Source: Dehalococcoidia bacterium
GTDB lineage: Bacteria > Chloroflexota > Dehalococcoidia > Lucifugimonadales > UBA3495
Assembly (NCBI GenBank): GCA_965262485.1
Contig: OZ253540.1
Span: forward strand, 2,339,882 to 2,403,881
Direction of reading: 5' to 3'
Length of the DNA stretch: 64,000 bases
Shown here piece by piece: positions 59,881 through 64,000 of the stretch; positions within the stretch are counted from its first letter, which is position 1, and each line of letters begins with the position of its first letter. Made by a program: the position numbers and the translations under genes. The notes under the pieces were generated by a model. It saw only the letters and a program-made list of their open reading frames with translations, was not told the origin of the DNA and did not search any database.

Positions 59881-60736
59881 TTGCAGGAGCATACCACCGG
59901 CGTCCTGATCGCCATCGACTGGGAGAACATTCGCCGCGGCGCGTTGATGTACCAGGTGGAGGTTACGCCCCAGGACGTCGCCCGGGCGATGGCCGCCATC
60001 GGCGGGATCTTCGGAGAGGTGCTGGGGGGCAAGGCGTTCGGCGACTGGAGTCTCCGGCCCGAGGACGCCCGGGCATTCACCGAGGCCGACATTACGCTCT
60101 ACCACGCGCCCCGCACCATGGCCGGCAAGACCGGTCCGACCCGTCCATCCTGCTGGAGGTCTACGACTGGGTCCGAGACCGTGAGGACTGCGGGTTCATC
60201 ATCCTGGGTTCGGGCGACTCGGACTATCAGGTCCTGGTGGACCGCGCCCGTGCATTGGACCGCAGGATCATACTGTGCGCCTTCAGCCAGGCCGTGGGCC
60301 GCGAGATGCTCGCGGCGGCGCCGCTGTTCCGCTGGAGGCGGAACTGGGAATCCACCTGGCCGAGCACGGCGACGTGAATGTACCCGCGCCTGCCTCGCCG
60401 CCGGACGCCCGCGCTCCCGCCGATGACGGAGCCCTCAGCACCTTCATCACGGAGATGAACCGCCTGGAAGGCCGCATGAACTTCGTCGGTTACAGCATAC
60501 TCTGCAACCAGTGGATGCTCGACTGGGGAATCGCCTGGAACTAGTACGCATGCCGCAAGGTGGTGGAAGATCTGGTGCAGGACGGCGTGGTCGAACGCCA
60601 CGACGTGTTCAGCCCCAACAATCCACAGTTTCCAACAGCGGCGGTTCGGCTGGCGCGCACCAACGAGACCGTGCAAAACACGCTGGGCTTGAACCGCCCG
60701 CGCATCAGCAACCCCGTCCTGCCGACGCCCGGTTGA
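59881..60736 (+). pseudogene. NYN/LabA-like domain protein with at least two frameshifts and an in-frame TAG (60542-60544)
   Basis: GVLIAIDWENI..; shifted frame KDRSDPSILLEVYDWVRDREDCGFIILGSGDSDYQVLVDRARALDRRIILCAF; ..DWGIAWN*YACRKVVEDLVQDGVVERHDV. Confidence 0.6.
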
Positions 60737-60889
60737 CGGCTCGGTGCACCGGCATTCACCCACCGCAGGTGGCCATATGTCCTGGCAGAGGGCCGGCCTG
60801 ATGGCCTGCGGATAACCTGCGGCGCCGACGTTTCGGGCACCGTCAGCGATGATGTTCGAATTACCGCCAATGGGTTGCCGTGTTTCCAT

Positions 60890-61140
60890 TGTCGCGTATC
60901 ACCCGATCAGCCAAGGTGTTCCCTGAGCGTTGATACAATAGAGCCGCTTGGGTGATTGTGGCGTAGGGTTGAACGCCCGGCCCTCGGGTCGAGCCGTGAT
61001 GGGGTTGTTGCGCGGGGACGGTTCCAGTCGCTCAAGCGTTGCAAACTGCCAGCTACAGCTGAACGAGCCTCGTCAGGAGCGCATTGTTCGCTCCGTCCAA
61101 GTTCACGCCGCACAACTTCCTCAACCCTGCCCATCTCGGC
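60890..61140 (-). pseudogene. Possible RadC-like JAB-domain remnant
   Basis: Only the ..LRHNHPSG motif is clear. The flanks are out of frame. Confidence 0.3.
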
Positions 61141-61269
61141 GAGAGGGTCTGATGAAGCCGTTCACGTAATGGATGTTGGGCGAACCAAGATGGGTATCAA
61201 AATGGTTCAGCAGCAAGGTAATTATGGCCGGCCGACGTAACGACTGATGTGCGAACGTGGCGTGTTGCT

Positions 61270-61499
61270 ATGCGGGGGTGGGGGCCTGGAAGACCAGGGA
61301 CTTGCCGCTGGCGGTGCCGGTGCTGACCGCCAGGTTGTGGCCCTGGCCAAACAGCTCCAACCCCATGGCCTGGTGCAGGTAGAGCTGACCGCCGCCCGTC
61401 TGGGCCTTTACCGCAGGCCACGCCGGGCTGCCGGCCAGGCAGACGTTTCGCCGTGGCGGCCTCCTGGCCGGGGATGGTGATCTCGCCGTGAACGTTCAT
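61270..61499 (-). pseudogene. 5' fragment of a paralogue of the 56562-59222 helicase
   Basis: Nucleotide similarity to 59001-59222: MNVHGEITIPGQEA.. against MDIHDEITIPGQEA.., through the GTASGKS region. Confidence 0.7.
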
Positions 61500-61577
61500 G
61501 ATGTCGCGGCAATGGTCAGGTCACCGGGTCATCTACGCACATGTCCGGCGTCCAAGCAATGGCAGGCACGACGTAAA

Positions 61578-61979
61578 CTACCAGACGGTGGCCACCCGAT
61601 CCGACGCTGCCAGCACCTCGTCCCGGGTCACCACCGGCGCGCCCAGCACATCCGCCTCCGCGGCGATCAGCCGGTCGTGCATCTCTGGAACCTCGGGAAA
61701 CCGGTCCAGCCTCTCCAGTTGTGCCCGGCCCAACTCGGACAGTTCTATCCCGCTCACCGAGTCCAGCGCTTCCAACAATGCCGACGGTTCCAGGGGACTG
61801 CCCAGTTTCACCGACAGGTAGTAGAACTCGGCCACCACTATGGCGGGAACCACCACCGTGGCGTTGCCCGTCTCCGCCAGTTGGAAAACGGCGCTGGCGG
61901 CAATACTGAGGCGCTCCGGGGACCGGAAATACCACCAGAGGGCGTGGGTGTCGGCAACGAACCGGCTCCGGCTAACCAT
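61578..61979 (-). CDS. vapC: PIN-domain toxin VapC
   Basis: MVSRSRFVADTHALWWYF....VVPAIVVAEF....DRLIAAEADVLGAPVVTRD. 8-nt overlap with the antitoxin stop. Confidence 0.75.
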   Translation of the reverse strand: MVSRSRFVADTHALWWYFRSPERLSIAASAVFQLAETGNATVVVPAIVVAEFYYLSVKLGSPLEPSALLEALDSVSGIELSELGRAQLERLDRFPEVPEMHDRLIAAEADVLGAPVVTRDEVLAASDRVATVW

Positions 61980-62286
61980 CGATGTCACCGGACACCCCGT
62001 CGGACAACTGCTCCCGAGTCTCCCAGATGCCCTTGATGTCCTGGAAGTCCTGGTAGCCAGCGTCGGGCAGTTGGGAGAGCGCGCCTCGCAGCGTGGATAG
62101 GGAGGGTTTGTCGTCGGCGCCGGCATCCACCGCCGTGAGCCGTCCGCACGGACGTCCCCGGCGCGTGATGATCACCTCATCGCCGTGGTCCAGGTCCCGG
62201 AGTATCTCACTGAGATGGGCCTTCGCTTCCCGGATGCTATATGTGGTCATGTCGTCCGCCATGTGAAGGTCATGTTGATGTGCCAT
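61972..62286 (-). CDS. Phd/YefM-type antitoxin (true start probably at the internal MTTYSIREAK)
   Basis: ..YSIREAKAHLSEILRDLDHGDEVIITRRGRPCGRL. Confidence 0.7.
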   Translation of the reverse strand: MAHQHDLHMADDMTTYSIREAKAHLSEILRDLDHGDEVIITRRGRPCGRLTAVDAGADDKPSLSTLRGALSQLPDAGYQDFQDIKGIWETREQLSDGVSGDIDG

Positions 62287-62494
62287 TGTGACTACATTCT
62301 ACCACGGCATATGCAGCGTCCTGCCGGTTCATGGGGATAATCGGTCTGGAGCGTCTCCCATCAGGCAATGCCGGCTGGCGTCGATCATCCGCCGTGAGGA
62401 TTCCAATGCCAGAATGACTGTTGGCCGATGGCCGGCACCGGATTTGCCAGTGTCTCCACGTTGGCCAGGAACCAAAGCCAGCGGCCGGGGTTGA

Positions 62495-62872
62495 AGTCAC
62501 CCCAGGGGCCCGGGCGGAGACTGGGAAGACGTCTGGCGCATCAGTGCCCGTCTTGGGGATGATGGGTCGCTGGAACTGCCTGCGCGGCTGGCCGACCAGC
62601 TAATCTCCATGGGACTTGGGAGGGTTCTGGACCCCTTCGCCGGCGTGGGCATCATCGGCCTGGCGGCGGCCAGTAAGAACCGGGATTGGGTCCTCTTCGC
62701 CAAAAGCCCTGTTGACCAGCACACGTTTCGACAAAGCCTGCAGGCTTTCCTCCGAGAACGCGCTATGACGCCGAAGGTCGAATCCGTGCGTCCGCGTCCG
62801 CAGAGCCGGTCCACCGGTAGGAAGCCATCTCGACCGGCATCGGATCGGCCGGGCCAAAACAGTCTGTTCTGA
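62495..62872 (+). pseudogene. C-terminal fragment of a methyltransferase-fold protein paralogous to 55640-56551, with motif I intact
   Basis: ..WEDVWRISARLGDDGSLELPARLADQLISMGLGRVLDPFAGVGIIGLAAASKNRDWVLFAKS. Confidence 0.55.
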
Positions 62873-63018
62873 CGCCTTGCCTTTGCCGTGGGTATCCTGC
62901 CGGCGTCATCCGTCGCCGAAGCCGGGAATGTTCCCGTCGTTGGGTTCCCGGCCTCTTGGCGTAGTAGGTACTAACTAACTATAATGGTGCAAGGCGTCTG
63001 TCCGTTGAATGTTAGCCA

Positions 63019-63441
63019 GTGGCGCCGGAGGCCATCATGGTGATTGATAGAGAGCAGAGGTACCGGGACATGGCGATGCGGGGCAAGTACCGGAGACTGT
63101 ATGCGCACCTCTGCGGCCTGCGCTCCCGGGAGTGGAGCGCTTCCTTCGTCGAGGTGGAGGCGGTGCTCAGTTTCCAGCTTCCTCTCTCGGCCCGTATGCA
63201 CCGGCCCTGGTGGGCCAACCAAAGCCGGGGGAACGGGCATAGCCACGCCCTGGCCTGGACCACGGCCGGATGGGAGACCGCCCAGGTCGACATGGAGGCC
63301 GAGACGCTGCTGTTCCGGCGCAAGCATCCCGAGCCTGTTGCAGACCGCACCCTCGACGAGGTTTGGCCCGTCCACTCTGCCGGCGCGTGGCCGTCAGACC
63401 TGAGCCTCCGCCGGGAGGAAATCTACGATGAGAGGATTTAG
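63019..63441 (+). CDS. Atypical VapB-position antitoxin candidate
   Basis: ..KYRRLYAHL......SFVEVEAVLSFQLPLSARMHRPWWAN....HALAWTTAGWE..VD. The C-terminal tail ..LSLRREEIYDER resembles antitoxin tails. 8 nt upstream of vapC. Confidence 0.5.
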   Translation: MAPEAIMVIDREQRYRDMAMRGKYRRLYAHLCGLRSREWSASFVEVEAVLSFQLPLSARMHRPWWANQSRGNGHSHALAWTTAGWETAQVDMEAETLLFRRKHPEPVADRTLDEVWPVHSAGAWPSDLSLRREEIYDERI

Positions 63442-63449
63442 GCCGGCCG

Positions 63450-63872
63450 ATGTTCGTCGACACCAACATCCTGGTGAACGCCCGAATCCTCGAGGCGCCG
63501 CACCACGAATCCGCCCGGGCCGGTCTGGAAAGCGCCCTTCGCGGCCCTGAACCGCTACGCATCAGCCGCCAGGTCATGCGCGAGTACCTGGCGGTCGTAA
63601 CCCGTCCCCAGGCTTGGCCGGTGCCCATCACCCGCGGGGAAGCGCTCGACGACATCGGCCGCCTGAACCAGGTTTTCGAGGTGCTTGAGGACGGTCCGCG
63701 GGTGACCGAGATGCTGGTGGCCCTGTGCCGGGCCGTTCAGGTAGGAGGATGGCACGTTCACGACGCCAACATCGTGGCCACCATGCTGGCCCACGGTGAG
63801 CGCCGGCTGCTCACGTTCAATGCCGCGGACTTCCGGCGCTACGAGGAGCGAATTGAACTGGTGACCGCCTGA
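63450..63872 (+). CDS. vapC: PIN-domain toxin VapC
   Basis: MFVDTNILVNA....ISRQVMREYLAVVTR.....HDANIVATMLAHGERRLLTFNAADFRRY. Confidence 0.8.
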   Translation: MFVDTNILVNARILEAPHHESARAGLESALRGPEPLRISRQVMREYLAVVTRPQAWPVPITRGEALDDIGRLNQVFEVLEDGPRVTEMLVALCRAVQVGGWHVHDANIVATMLAHGERRLLTFNAADFRRYEERIELVTA

Positions 63873-64000
63873 CTCTCCCGGCCAGCTCCATGTCCGGTTC
63901 CACAAACCCAGCAGGCGCCTACCGCGCTGCCGAATTCAGACTTGGGTTCCCCACGCTCGTATCGAGCGGCTACAGCCGGCGCTCCCGGCAACCTGGCGTG

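Noticed and set aside
2705-60544. Amber (TAG) codon reassignment or pyrrolysine-type decoding as the explanation for the many in-frame TAGs.
   Set aside because: TAG also terminates many apparently complete genes here, including ImmA, GLUG, SIR2, MazF, the 444-aa ORF and IS5 copy A. In-frame TAA and TGA occur in the same decaying genes. Frameshifts and IS insertions accompany them. I saw no tRNA or pyl genes in the window. Pseudogenisation is the simpler reading, and the check is listed under the finding.

Overview
GC-rich bacterial window that reads as an IS-ridden, decaying accessory and defence island. I saw no rRNA, tRNA or CRISPR array.

Mobile DNA:
- Three copies of an unusually long (~1.66 kb) IS6-like element. 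Each carries a Zn-finger/DDE transposase plus two conserved small membrane-protein genes.
- Three copies of an 862-bp IS5-family element. Two of them form a head-to-tail dimer.
- One TnpB element.
- Fragments of IS21-like, IS701-like, serine-recombinase and tyrosine-integrase genes.

Defence-type cargo:
- The edge of a multiubiquitin/E2-E1 operon.
- An intact SIR2-effector giant gene with an unknown upstream partner.
- A DUF499 ATPase / DUF1156 methyltransferase locus, broken by a frameshift and an IS5 insertion.
- A ~2,060-codon Cap4-nuclease/STAND (Avs-like) gene killed by same-frame stop codons.
- A methyltransferase-Mrr fusion interrupted by a 17-G homopolymer.
- A helicase-nuclease convergent with an HTH protein that has a degenerate methyltransferase fold, plus a second decayed copy of that pair.
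- Several toxin-antitoxin modules: a tandem-MazF toxin, BrnT, and two VapC genes.

Other content: a ~1,280-codon secreted GLUG-repeat protein built of three ~1-kb tandem repeats, and an MpaB-oxygenase/P450 pair.

Window-wide pattern: many recognisable genes carry in-frame premature stops, mostly TAG. Others carry 1-nt indels in G-runs, which could equally be sequencing errors.

All calls rest on my own reading of the six-frame track and the sequence. No database search was run. Coordinates not taken from the ORF track are approximate to a few nt.
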